From contig CALERC010000361.1 in the NCBI GenBank assembly GCA_937908015.1, positions 80 to 64,079 on the forward strand: 64,000 nt of DNA, read 5' to 3'. This document shows, piece by piece, positions 24,907-32,701 of the stretch; position 1 is the first letter of the stretch; each line of letters begins with the position of its first letter. Origin of the DNA: an uncultured Actinomycetes bacterium. Lineage in GTDB: Bacteria; Actinomycetota; Thermoleophilia; Solirubrobacterales; 70-9. Made by a program: the position numbers and the translations under genes. The notes below the pieces were generated by a model that made no database searches, was not told the origin of the DNA, and was given only the letters and a program-made list of their open reading frames with translations.

Positions 24907-24943
24907 CACATCGTCATACAACCTGGCAGTCGGGCGATAAGTT
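24907..24943 (+). promoter_or_regulatory. Promoter/operator cassette copy C with GntR-type box TCGTCATACAA (24911-24921)
   Basis: CACATCGTCATACAACCTGGCAGTCGGGCGATAAGTT aligns without gaps to copy A (29/37 identical by my count). TAAGTT (24938-24943) is a possible -10. It lies between the esterase-BVMO operon (-) and the O-methyltransferase (+). Confidence 0.55.
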
Positions 24944-24955
24944 ACCATACGATCC

Positions 24956-25714
24956 GTGAGGGCGCAACCAGGTCCGGATCCGGCTCTACGGAGGGGTTTG
25001 AGCGATGAAGCGGCAGCCTGGAAGACGATCGACGAGAAGCTCGCCGACCTCCTGATCGAGGCCGATCCGGCGCTCGACGGCGTCCGCGAGCAAGCCCTGT
25101 CCATCGGCCTCCCCGACCACGGGATCTCGGCCGGCCAGGGCCGCCTGCTGGAGGTCCTGGCCCGCGCCGCCGGCGCGGGCCGGATCCTCGAGATCGGCAC
25201 CTTCGCCGGCTACAGCACGATCTGGCTGGCCCGGGCGCTGCCGTTCCGGGGACGGCTGCTGACCCTGGAGCTGGACCCGGCGCGGGCCGAGCTGGCGCGC
25301 CGCAACCTCGAGGCGGCCGGCGTCGGGGGCAGGGTCGAGGTGCGGGTCGGCGACGCGCTGGCGGCACTCGACGCCCTGATCGCCGCGGGCGAGGAGCCCT
25401 TCGACCTCGTCTTCATCGACGCCGACAAGGAGCGCAACCCCGAGTACCTGGAACGGGTCCTGGAGTTGACCTGCCCCGGCGCGACGATCGTCGCCGACAA
25501 CGTGATCCGCGCCGGCGCGGTGTTCGATCCCGAGATCGAGGACCCGGAGCTGGACGCCGCAGGCCACGAAGGCCTGCGGCGCTTCCTCGAGCTGCTCGGC
25601 ACAGACCCCCGACTGGACGCCGCCGCCTTCCAGACGGTCGGCGAGAAGGGCCACGACGGCTTCGCTATCGCGGTCGTCCGGCGTCCGGACGGGTCGACGC
25701 CCGCGCTTCCCTGA
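24956..25714 (+). CDS. Class I SAM-dependent O-methyltransferase (family 3, caffeoyl-CoA OMT-like)
   Basis: 'RILEIGTFAGYSTIWLARAL...LTLELDP...FDLVFIDADKERNPEYLE...GATIVADNV'. The start is uncertain: GTG 24956 or in-frame TTG 24998. Confidence 0.85.
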   Translation: MRAQPGPDPALRRGLSDEAAAWKTIDEKLADLLIEADPALDGVREQALSIGLPDHGISAGQGRLLEVLARAAGAGRILEIGTFAGYSTIWLARALPFRGRLLTLELDPARAELARRNLEAAGVGGRVEVRVGDALAALDALIAAGEEPFDLVFIDADKERNPEYLERVLELTCPGATIVADNVIRAGAVFDPEIEDPELDAAGHEGLRRFLELLGTDPRLDAAAFQTVGEKGHDGFAIAVVRRPDGSTPALP

Positions 25715-26693
25715 CGATCGCCGCGATCGCCGCGAAGTCCTCGTCGGCGAGCTGCCAGCCACCGGCGGCGGCGTTGCCCTGTACCTGGGCCGGGGTCCGG
25801 GCGCCGGCGATCACCGTGGCGACGAGGGGCTGCGACGCGAGCCAGGAGAGCGAGAGCTCGAGCAGGCTGTGCCCGTGGTCGCGGGCGTAGGCCTCGAGCG
25901 CCCGCGAGATCGCCAGGTTCTCCTCGGTGAGGTCGAGCTCCGCGACGTGCCTTGCCACCTGCCCGCCGGTCGCCAGCCGGCTTCCCGGCGGCACCGCGTC
26001 GGGATCGTTGTACTTCCCCGTCAGCACCCCGTTGGCGAGGGGGAAGTAGGGGATCAGCTTCAGGCCGTTGCGCTCGCAGGCGGCGAACAGCTCGCCCAGC
26101 TCGGAGCCCTCGCCGGTCGCCGCGGCGTCGAGGACCCGGTAGCGGTTCTGCGCGCTGCTGAAGCCGACGGTCTCGGCCCGCGCCGCGACCGCGGTCGCCT
26201 CGTCGACCATCGCGCCGGTGAAGTTCGCACAGCCGATCTCCCGCACCTTCCCGACCTCGACCAGCTCCTCCAGCACGCCGAGCGTCTCCTCCAGGGGCGT
26301 GTCCGGATCGGGGTTGTGCTGCTGGTAGAGGTCGATGTAGTCGGTCCCCAGCCGCCGCAGGCTGTCGTCGACCGCCCGCCTGATCCGCTCGGCACCCCGC
26401 TCCTCGGGCGCGGCGAGGCTCTCGATCTGGAACTTCGAGGCGATGATCGCCCGATCCCGGCGGGAACCGAGAGCGGCGCCGAGGAACTGCTCCGATTCCC
26501 CCTGCCCCCAGCTCGACGCGACGCTGTACTCCTCGGCCGTGTCGAAGAAGTTGATCCCGCTGTCCAGGGCCGCGTCGACCACCGCCCGCGACTGCGCCAG
26601 GTCGCACGGCGTCCCGAACCAGTCGGTGCCGAAGTTGTTCGTGCCCAGCCCGATGACCGAGACCTCGAGTGAGCCGATTCGGCGCGCCTTCAC
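25665..26693 (-). CDS. Aldo/keto reductase
   Basis: 342 aa from GTG 26693 (GTGA overlap with the ABM stop). 'LEVSVIGLGTNNFG', 'FFDTAEEYS', 'IDLYQQHNPD', 'REIGCANF'. The 3' end overlaps the convergent OMT by 50 nt. Confidence 0.9.
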   Translation of the reverse strand: MKARRIGSLEVSVIGLGTNNFGTDWFGTPCDLAQSRAVVDAALDSGINFFDTAEEYSVASSWGQGESEQFLGAALGSRRDRAIIASKFQIESLAAPEERGAERIRRAVDDSLRRLGTDYIDLYQQHNPDPDTPLEETLGVLEELVEVGKVREIGCANFTGAMVDEATAVAARAETVGFSSAQNRYRVLDAAATGEGSELGELFAACERNGLKLIPYFPLANGVLTGKYNDPDAVPPGSRLATGGQVARHVAELDLTEENLAISRALEAYARDHGHSLLELSLSWLASQPLVATVIAGARTPAQVQGNAAAGGWQLADEDFAAIAAIVREARASTRPDAGRPR

Positions 26694-27001
26694 GTTCGCG
26701 GGCCCGGGTCGAGCAACTGCGTGAAGTGGAGGCGCGGCTCCGCGACCAGCAGGTCGCCCATCGCCGCCACGCACTCGAGCAGGTGCGGCGTCTTCGTGTG
26801 CTCCTCGAAGGCATCCCGCGAAGCCCAGTGCTCGACCGTGGCGAACACCGTCGGGTCGTCCTGGTCCTGGTGGACCGCGTAATCGAGGCTGCCCTCCTCC
26901 GCGACGGTCGGGCCGATCAGCTTCCCGAGGGCAGCCGCAGCGGCGTCCTCGCTTCCTTTCTTCACCGCGAAGACGGCGACCACGTGGATCGACATCTGCA
27001 C
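26690..27001 (-). CDS. ABM-domain (antibiotic biosynthesis monooxygenase / quinol monooxygenase-like) protein
   Basis: 103 aa. 'VVAVFAVKKGSEDAA...EEGSLDYAVHQDQDDPTVFATVEHWASRDAFEEH' ferredoxin-like ABM pattern. Confidence 0.8.
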   Translation of the reverse strand: MQMSIHVVAVFAVKKGSEDAAAAALGKLIGPTVAEEGSLDYAVHQDQDDPTVFATVEHWASRDAFEEHTKTPHLLECVAAMGDLLVAEPRLHFTQLLDPGPRT

Positions 27002-27020
27002 CTCCTTGTCGTTGTCGGGA

Positions 27021-28256
27021 TCACAGGCTCGGCTCGAGGTCCCGGCGGCTGACCCAGGACCGGTCGAGGGCGGCGACGCTCGGGCACCCCATCAGGACGA
27101 GGTTCCGCTCGATCTCGTCGGTCAGCAGCCCGAGCACCTCGGCGACGCCCCGTTCGCCGCGGGCGGCGAGGCCGTAGACGGCGGGGCGGCCGATCATCAC
27201 CGCGTCGGCACCGAGGCAGAGCGCCTTGATCGCGTCGCTGCCGCGGCGGATGCCGCCGTCGAAGAGCACCTGCCCGCGGCCCGCGGCCACCTCGGCGATC
27301 GCCGGCAGGACGTCGAGGGTCGCCGGCGCGCCGTCGAGCTGGCGACCGCCGTGGTTGGAGACGACGACCCCCTCGGCGCCGATCTCGAGGCAGCGCCTGG
27401 CGTCCTCGGGGTCGAGCACCCCCTTGACGAACATCGGCCCGGGCCACCGCTCGCGCAGCCACGCCAGGTCGTCCCAGCCGAGGTCGGGACGCCAGAGGCC
27501 GAGCTGCCGCTGCGCGCCGCGGACGCCGAACCTCACCCCGTACTCCCCGCCCAGGTTCCGCAGCGAGACCCGCTGGTGCTTCAGGAACGCGTACCACCAC
27601 CGCGGCCGCCGGGCGCCGTCGAGCAGCCGACGCGGCGTCAGCACGGGAGGGATCCCCATCCCCTGACGCTGCTCCAACTCCCGGTTCGACGGCACCGGCA
27701 CGTCGACGGTGACCATCATCGCGACGTACCCGGCGGTTCCGGCACGCTCGATCAGGCTCGCCATCAGCTCGCGATCGCGCCACGGGTAGAGCTGGAAGAA
27801 ATGGGACCGCTCGGTGGCGGCCGCGACCTCCTCGATCGAGTACGAGGCGGCGCTGGAGAGGACCAGCCGCGTCCCGGCAGACTCGGCCGCCCGCGCCGCC
27901 CCGGCCTCCCCCTGCCAATGGGCGAGACCGGTGAGGCCGGTCGGCGCCAGCAGGATCGGCGTCGCCAGGCTCTCGCCGGCGACGCGTACGCCAAGGTCGC
28001 GTTCGCCGTGGCCGGCGAGGACGCGGGGGCGCAGGTCCCAGCGCCGGTAGGCATCGCGGTTCGCCGCCGCGGAGAGCATGTCCTCGGCGGCGCCGTCGAC
28101 GTAGGCCCAAGGGCCGGCGGGCAGCTTGCGTCGCGCCGCCTGGCGGTAGTCCTCGACGTTCAGGTACTGCCTGCCGCCCCACTCGAACTCGAAGGCGCCC
28201 CGCAATCCGGCGACGGCCTCGCGCCAGCCACCGCCCTGCTGCGGCTCGACTCTCAT
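27021..28256 (-). CDS. FMN-dependent alpha-hydroxy-acid dehydrogenase/oxidase (LldD/glycolate oxidase/mandelate DH family)
   Basis: 411 aa. 'LAPTGLTGLAH', 'FFQLY', 'VTVDVP', 'GVVVSNHGGRQLDG', 'DGGIRRGSD'. Confidence 0.92.
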   Translation of the reverse strand: MRVEPQQGGGWREAVAGLRGAFEFEWGGRQYLNVEDYRQAARRKLPAGPWAYVDGAAEDMLSAAANRDAYRRWDLRPRVLAGHGERDLGVRVAGESLATPILLAPTGLTGLAHWQGEAGAARAAESAGTRLVLSSAASYSIEEVAAATERSHFFQLYPWRDRELMASLIERAGTAGYVAMMVTVDVPVPSNRELEQRQGMGIPPVLTPRRLLDGARRPRWWYAFLKHQRVSLRNLGGEYGVRFGVRGAQRQLGLWRPDLGWDDLAWLRERWPGPMFVKGVLDPEDARRCLEIGAEGVVVSNHGGRQLDGAPATLDVLPAIAEVAAGRGQVLFDGGIRRGSDAIKALCLGADAVMIGRPAVYGLAARGERGVAEVLGLLTDEIERNLVLMGCPSVAALDRSWVSRRDLEPSL

Positions 28257-28278
28257 CTGACTCGTCCTCGCGGGAGGA

Positions 28279-28307
28279 CCCCCGGGGGCGGAACAGGCCC
28301 CCGGGGG
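28279..28307 (-). terminator. GC hairpin: two copies of self-complementary CCCCCGGGGG separated by 9 nt, downstream of SBP paralog 3
   Basis: CCCCCGGGGG-cggaacagg-CCCCCGGGGG. It lies between the SBP stop (28322) and the next minus-strand gene start (28256). It is analogous to the hairpin at 8059-8091. Confidence 0.45.
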
Positions 28308-28321
28308 ATCACACGATCTGG

Positions 28322-29551
28322 TCAGCCCTTCGCTTTCCAGAGCTTTTCGAATTCGGTCGCGTAGTCGAACGGGGCCGTGAACGGCTGCCCCGATTCGGGC
28401 AGGTTTTCCTTCGTCAACAGCTGGAACGGGACGTTCTCGCCCTGCGGCTCGAACACCTTCTGCCCGTTCAGCAGCCGCAGCGCCTGGTCGACCGCGGCGA
28501 AGCCGACGTACTGCTCGTCGTAGGCGACGTCGGCGGCCTGGATTTCACCGTTGCGGACGAATTCGATGTTCTGTTCATTGCCCAGGTCGCTGACCATCTT
28601 CACCTGTTCGGCGAGGCCGGCGGACTGGATCGCGGTGACCATCGCCGGGCAGGCGGGGTCGTACGGACAGACCACGTAGTCGACTTCGGGGTGGGTGCGC
28701 AGGTAGGCGACGACTTCTTCGCCCAGGGTGGTCCCGATCTGGCTCCCGACCATCATGATCGGCGGGGCGGTGGTGCTCCCTTCGCACGCTTCGAGCACGC
28801 TCATGATGCCTTCCCGCTGTTCGTTCGCGGCGATGAATTCCTTGGTGCTGTAGACGACGCTGTTCGCCGTGCCTTCCGAGTCGGCGACCACCCAGTTCGC
28901 CTCGTATTCGCCGACCAGCCGGTATTTCGGGCTGACGTCGTAGGCGGGCCAGGCGTTGCCGGCGGGCGGTTGGTAGACCTTGTTCGGCGTCTGGATGCCG
29001 TTGGTCGCGCTGCCGATCACGATGCCCGCGCTTTCGGCTGCCGCCAGGCCGGTCTGGACCGTCTTCGGGTCGATCGCCTCGAGGATGATCGCTTCCGCGC
29101 CCCAGCTGACGGCGGCCAGGATCTGCTTGTTCTGGACGCTGATTTCGCCCTGGCCGTCGAAGGTTTTCTCCTCGATGCCCGCCACCTTGGCTGCAGCTTC
29201 GATGCCTTCCGCCATTTCGGCGCAACCCTCGAGCACCTGCGCGCAGCTGATCGCGGCGATCTTGGTCCCCGGTTTGGCGGGCGCCGGTTCGGTCGGGCCT
29301 TCGAACTGGGGCGGGTTCACTTCGCTCATTTCTTCGAGCAGCGCCGCGTATTCGTTCGAGCCTTCGCTCGTTTCGCTCGTTTCCCCGGCTTCGCTCGTTT
29401 CGCTTGCTTCGGTGGATTCGGCGGGTTCGCTCGTGGTGGCAGAACCGCTCGAACTCCCGCCGTCAGAGCTCGACCCGCAGGCGGCGAGCCCGACCACTGC
29501 CGTGAGCGCGAGCAACGCGGCGCACAACAGACTCCATCTAGAGGCCCTCAT
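28322..29551 (-). CDS. CUT2-type solute-binding lipoprotein, paralog 3; no adjacent permease or ATPase
   Basis: 409 aa from ATG 29551, with RBS AACAGGAGAGAT. Lipobox 'LAAC', Ser/Glu/Thr-rich linker, C-terminus 'FEKLWK'. Confidence 0.88.
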   Translation of the reverse strand: MRASRWSLLCAALLALTAVVGLAACGSSSDGGSSSGSATTSEPAESTEASETSEAGETSETSEGSNEYAALLEEMSEVNPPQFEGPTEPAPAKPGTKIAAISCAQVLEGCAEMAEGIEAAAKVAGIEEKTFDGQGEISVQNKQILAAVSWGAEAIILEAIDPKTVQTGLAAAESAGIVIGSATNGIQTPNKVYQPPAGNAWPAYDVSPKYRLVGEYEANWVVADSEGTANSVVYSTKEFIAANEQREGIMSVLEACEGSTTAPPIMMVGSQIGTTLGEEVVAYLRTHPEVDYVVCPYDPACPAMVTAIQSAGLAEQVKMVSDLGNEQNIEFVRNGEIQAADVAYDEQYVGFAAVDQALRLLNGQKVFEPQGENVPFQLLTKENLPESGQPFTAPFDYATEFEKLWKAKG

Positions 29552-29678
29552 ATCTCTCCTGTTCCTCATCCCTTGCTCGGACACCGCTTGCCCGAGGTCT
29601 TCTCAGTCGTGGGGCGACGACGGAGGCCCGTCGCCGCCCATGTCGTCATCAGCATGCAACACGTCGCATGCTACAGGA

Positions 29679-29689
29679 TTGTAAGACGA
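29679..29689. promoter_or_regulatory. GntR-type box TTGTAAGACGA (one mismatch from the TTGTATGACGA core)
   Basis: Fits TnGTnnnACnA. It sits in the divergent region between the SBP (29551, -) and the GntR gene (29805, +). Nearby is the inverted repeat AGCATGC-n8-GCATGCT (29651-29672). Confidence 0.45.
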
Positions 29690-29804
29690 TAGGCCAGCCT
29701 GGCGATCTTTCAATCGAGATGGGGTCGGCGGACGGCGATCCTTACACTGGCAGGCGTGTAGCACGCTACGTGCGATCTCCGCCCCCGACCCAGAGAAGAG
29801 GAGC

Positions 29805-30533
29805 ATGGCCCGCGCCGTCAGACCGCAGAAGCTGAAAGACCAAGTCGAGACGTACATGCGGGACGCGATCAATTCGGGCGAGTGGTCGGCAGGCGAGCTC
29901 CACTCGGTGGGCGAGGTCGCCGACGAGTTCGGCGTCTCGCGGACGCCCGTCCGCGAGGCCGTCCTGCAGCTGGCCGACGCAGGCCTGGTCGCCTTCGAGC
30001 GCAACGTCGGCTTCCGAATCCTGCGCAGCACCCCCAGTCAGATCGTCGAAATCTTCCACCTGCGGCTGCTGCTCGAGGTCCCGGCGACCCGACTGACCGC
30101 GCGCGACGCGGGCGAGGAGACGCTGGCGACGATGCGGGCAGAGCTGGCCGAGATGTCGGCGGCGGCGAAGAAGGGAGACGAATCCCTCTTCATGCAGCAC
30201 GACCGCTACTTCCACGACGCCGCCATCTCCGGCGCCGGGAACGACCGGCTGATCACCACCGTCGACCGGCTTCGCGACGCGACCCGCCTGATCGGCGCCT
30301 CGACCGTCGAGCGGCGGCGCTCGCTCTTCGACATCGCCGACGAGCACCGCCCGATCCTCGATGCCTTCGAACGGCGCGATGCCGCCGCCGCCGCGGCGGC
30401 GATGCGGGACCACGTCGTCCACACCGGCTCGCTGCTGCTCTCGATCAGCCTCGGCGATCAAGACGGTCCGGAGAGCGACTCGACGGCAGCTCTGAAGCAA
30501 CGCTGGAGCGAGCTCTCCGAACCCGACCACTAG
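29805..30533 (+). CDS. GntR family transcriptional regulator (FadR-like, FCD domain)
   Basis: 242 aa, with RBS GAGGAG. wHTH 'SVGEVADEFGVSRTPVREAVLQLADAGLV'. Confidence 0.9.
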   Translation: MARAVRPQKLKDQVETYMRDAINSGEWSAGELHSVGEVADEFGVSRTPVREAVLQLADAGLVAFERNVGFRILRSTPSQIVEIFHLRLLLEVPATRLTARDAGEETLATMRAELAEMSAAAKKGDESLFMQHDRYFHDAAISGAGNDRLITTVDRLRDATRLIGASTVERRRSLFDIADEHRPILDAFERRDAAAAAAAMRDHVVHTGSLLLSISLGDQDGPESDSTAALKQRWSELSEPDH

Positions 30534-30578
30534 CCGATCTCGGTCCCCCGGGAGCCGAGGCCGGACTTCTCTCCGCAA

Positions 30579-30588
30579 AGGTGTGACG
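30579..30588 (+). repeat. Short motif AGGTGTGACG (spacer B, copy 1)
   Basis: See 12261-12270 and 30756-30765. Confidence 0.5.
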
Positions 30589-30755
30589 AGCCCGTCGAGA
30601 CTTCCCGCCCCGTAGGAGAGATGCCGAGAACGTCGCTCTTTCTCCCGGGTTCCTGCGACGTCACGAACACGTGACCAGGGTTTGACCCTGCCATAGGAGG
30701 GCGAAAGTCGACAGCGCGTCCCGGGACCTGGAAAAGGGCCCTCCGTAGGGCCGTA

Positions 30756-30765
30756 AGGTGTGACG
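30756..30765 (+). repeat. Short motif AGGTGTGACG (spacer B, copy 2)
   Basis: Extended similarity to spacer A: AGGTGTGACGTTCCCGG here versus AGGTGTGACGTCTCCCCGG there. Confidence 0.5.
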
Positions 30766-31010
30766 TTCCCGGCGTCTTCGTCAACGAAGGGCCGTCCTGG
30801 ATCCCGCGTCCATGAGGAAGGCTCACGGAAGTCCGACTTCGCTCCTGACTTCCGTCACATCTCGGTACTTCGCGCCGAACCTGTGCCGGATCTCCACGAA
30901 CACCTCCGTCCCGGGCGTCTCGCCCCCGGATCCAAGGGTCCCGGACCCCCGGAGCTCCCCGGGCGCCGGCCCGCGCCCCCCCGGCCACCATCCCCCCTGG
31001 AATCAATCAA

Positions 31011-31736
31011 CTAGGCCCTGCCGGCGGCCACCGCCTGCGCCGCCGCCGCGCCGAGCAGCCCGACGTCGCTGCCGACGATCGTCATCTCGACGCCCTGCCC
31101 GGTCCACCTCGCGACGTCGGCGGCCGCGGCGGCGAAGACGCCGGTGGCGATCCCGGCCCGCCCGCAGGCGGCGCGCACCGCGGCGAGGGGCTCGAAGATC
31201 TGATCGGTGGTGAAGCCCTCGATCGGGTCGAGCCCGAGCGAGATCGAGAGGTCGCCGGGGCCGACGAGGACGCCCGCGAGCCCCTCGACCGCGGCGATCT
31301 CCACCGCGTTCGCCACCCCCTCGGCGCTCTCGATCATCACGAAGCAGGAGGCTCGGCCCTCGAGCTCCGCCGGGGTCCGCGGCAGGTCGGCGCGGATCGG
31401 ACCGAAGCTGCGGTCCCCGGCCGGCCGATACCGACAGGCGGCGACCGCGGCCCGGGCTTCCGCGGCCGTGTCGACGAGCGGGACGATCACACCGTCGGCC
31501 CCCGCGTCGAGCACCTTGCCGATCAGGGCCGGCGAGTTGGACGAGACGCGGACCATGATCTCGGCGGGCGCCGCCGCCGACCGGCGGACCAGGGTGACCA
31601 CGTCGGCCTCCGAGGCGGCTCCGTGCTGGCAATCGATGAGGACGAAGTCGTATCCCGCGCCGGCGAGGATCTCGAGCACCTCCTCGGAGCGCATCGTCAT
31701 GCACACGCCCAGCCGGTGACTCACGGGGGCGCTCAC
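31011..31736 (-). CDS. HpcH/HpaI-family aldolase (2-keto-3-deoxy-acid / citrate-lyase-beta fold)
   Basis: 241 aa from GTG 31736 (GTGA overlap with the cyclase stop). 'EILAGAGYDFVLIDCQHG', 'VRVSSN', 'GADGVIVPLV', 'VMIESAEGV', 'LVGPGDLS'. The track ORF (442 aa) is over-extended. Confidence 0.85.
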   Translation of the reverse strand: MSAPVSHRLGVCMTMRSEEVLEILAGAGYDFVLIDCQHGAASEADVVTLVRRSAAAPAEIMVRVSSNSPALIGKVLDAGADGVIVPLVDTAAEARAAVAACRYRPAGDRSFGPIRADLPRTPAELEGRASCFVMIESAEGVANAVEIAAVEGLAGVLVGPGDLSISLGLDPIEGFTTDQIFEPLAAVRAACGRAGIATGVFAAAAADVARWTGQGVEMTIVGSDVGLLGAAAAQAVAAGRA

Positions 31737-32656
31737 TTGATCGCGATCGGGGTCGCCGGGGAGCCGACCGCGCCGGGGATGCGCAAGGGCGGGGCGGAGA
31801 AGAGGAAGTCCCACTGCCCGTCCGCCGCGCAGTCGTCCGCCAACGCCTCGAGGTCGAAGATCTCGCCCAACGGCATCCCCATGTCGCGGATCAGGATCGA
31901 GTGCAGCGGCAGGTCGAAGCCCGGCACCGGGGTGACCTCGATCGCGTGGTTGTCCGACGCCACCGCGGCCACCTCGCGATGGTGCAGCCAGGTGGCGCAT
32001 TCGGGGGTCAGCCCGGGCTCGGCCGCGAGCCAACCGTCCCACCCCTCGGTCAGCGCCTTCTTGCGCCAGCCGGTGCGAAACAGCAGCGCGTCGCCGGTGC
32101 CCACCCGCACCCCCTGCTCCTTCTCCGCCGCCTCGATCTCGTCCGGCCCGATCCGGTAGCCGCCCTCCAGCCAGTCGACCCCGTGCAGGCGCGCGAAGTC
32201 GAGCAGGACGCCGCGTCCGACCATGCCGGGCAGGGTCTTGTCGATGCCGTTGCGGGACGCCCCCTCCCAGGTCAGCTCCGAGACGTGCATCCCGTTGTAG
32301 AAGTAGTCGTCGTAGCCGACGTGGGCGAAGCCGTCCCACTGCGTCGCCTGCTGCAGCGGCATGACGATGTAGTCATCGGAGCCGAACATCGTGCCCATCG
32401 TGTTGCCGATCGTCGGCATGAAGCTCATCAGGTGAATCGGGTCGACGCGTTTGATCAGGCCGTCCCAGGGTGGGCCGTTGCTGTCCAAGGGGATGCTCAG
32501 CTCGAACACCCGCCCCGAGTTCACCCGCCGACCCGCCTCCCGCACCAGGTCCGCGGTGATGAAGTTCAAGGTGCCCTTCTCGTCGTCGTCCCCCCATCGT
32601 CCCCAGTTCGACAGGCGCTTGCCGTCGCTGCGGAAGTCGTACTCCTCGGTGCTCAT
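31733..32656 (-). CDS. Cyclase family protein (kynurenine-formamidase-like fold)
   Basis: 307 aa from ATG 32656, with RBS AAGGAG 6 nt upstream. The N-terminus 'RLSNWGRWGDDDEKGTLNFIT' is typical of this family as annotated in Actinobacteria. Confidence 0.8.
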   Translation of the reverse strand: MSTEEYDFRSDGKRLSNWGRWGDDDEKGTLNFITADLVREAGRRVNSGRVFELSIPLDSNGPPWDGLIKRVDPIHLMSFMPTIGNTMGTMFGSDDYIVMPLQQATQWDGFAHVGYDDYFYNGMHVSELTWEGASRNGIDKTLPGMVGRGVLLDFARLHGVDWLEGGYRIGPDEIEAAEKEQGVRVGTGDALLFRTGWRKKALTEGWDGWLAAEPGLTPECATWLHHREVAAVASDNHAIEVTPVPGFDLPLHSILIRDMGMPLGEIFDLEALADDCAADGQWDFLFSAPPLRIPGAVGSPATPIAIK

Positions 32657-32701
32657 CTCGCTCTCCTTTTTCACGCTGTCATCGTCGGCTGGGCAGATCG
32701 G

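Noticed and set aside
30697-30712. GGAGGGCGAAAGTCGA resembles the GAGGAAAGUCCGG (P4) region of RNase P RNA. The C-runs at 30925-31000 resemble 6C-type loops.
   Set aside because: These are only short partial matches. The other universally conserved RNase P elements are not visible, and the C-runs are not arranged as two C-rich hairpin loops. An Infernal scan is needed before any call.
30530-31014. ORFs 30530-31006 (-, 158 aa), 30760-31014 (+, 84 aa) and 30812-31213 (+, 133 aa) as possible small proteins in the long spacer.
   Set aside because: Third-position GC is clearly lower and more mixed than in real genes here. The translations are Pro/Arg/Gly/Ser-rich without motifs. None has a convincing RBS.
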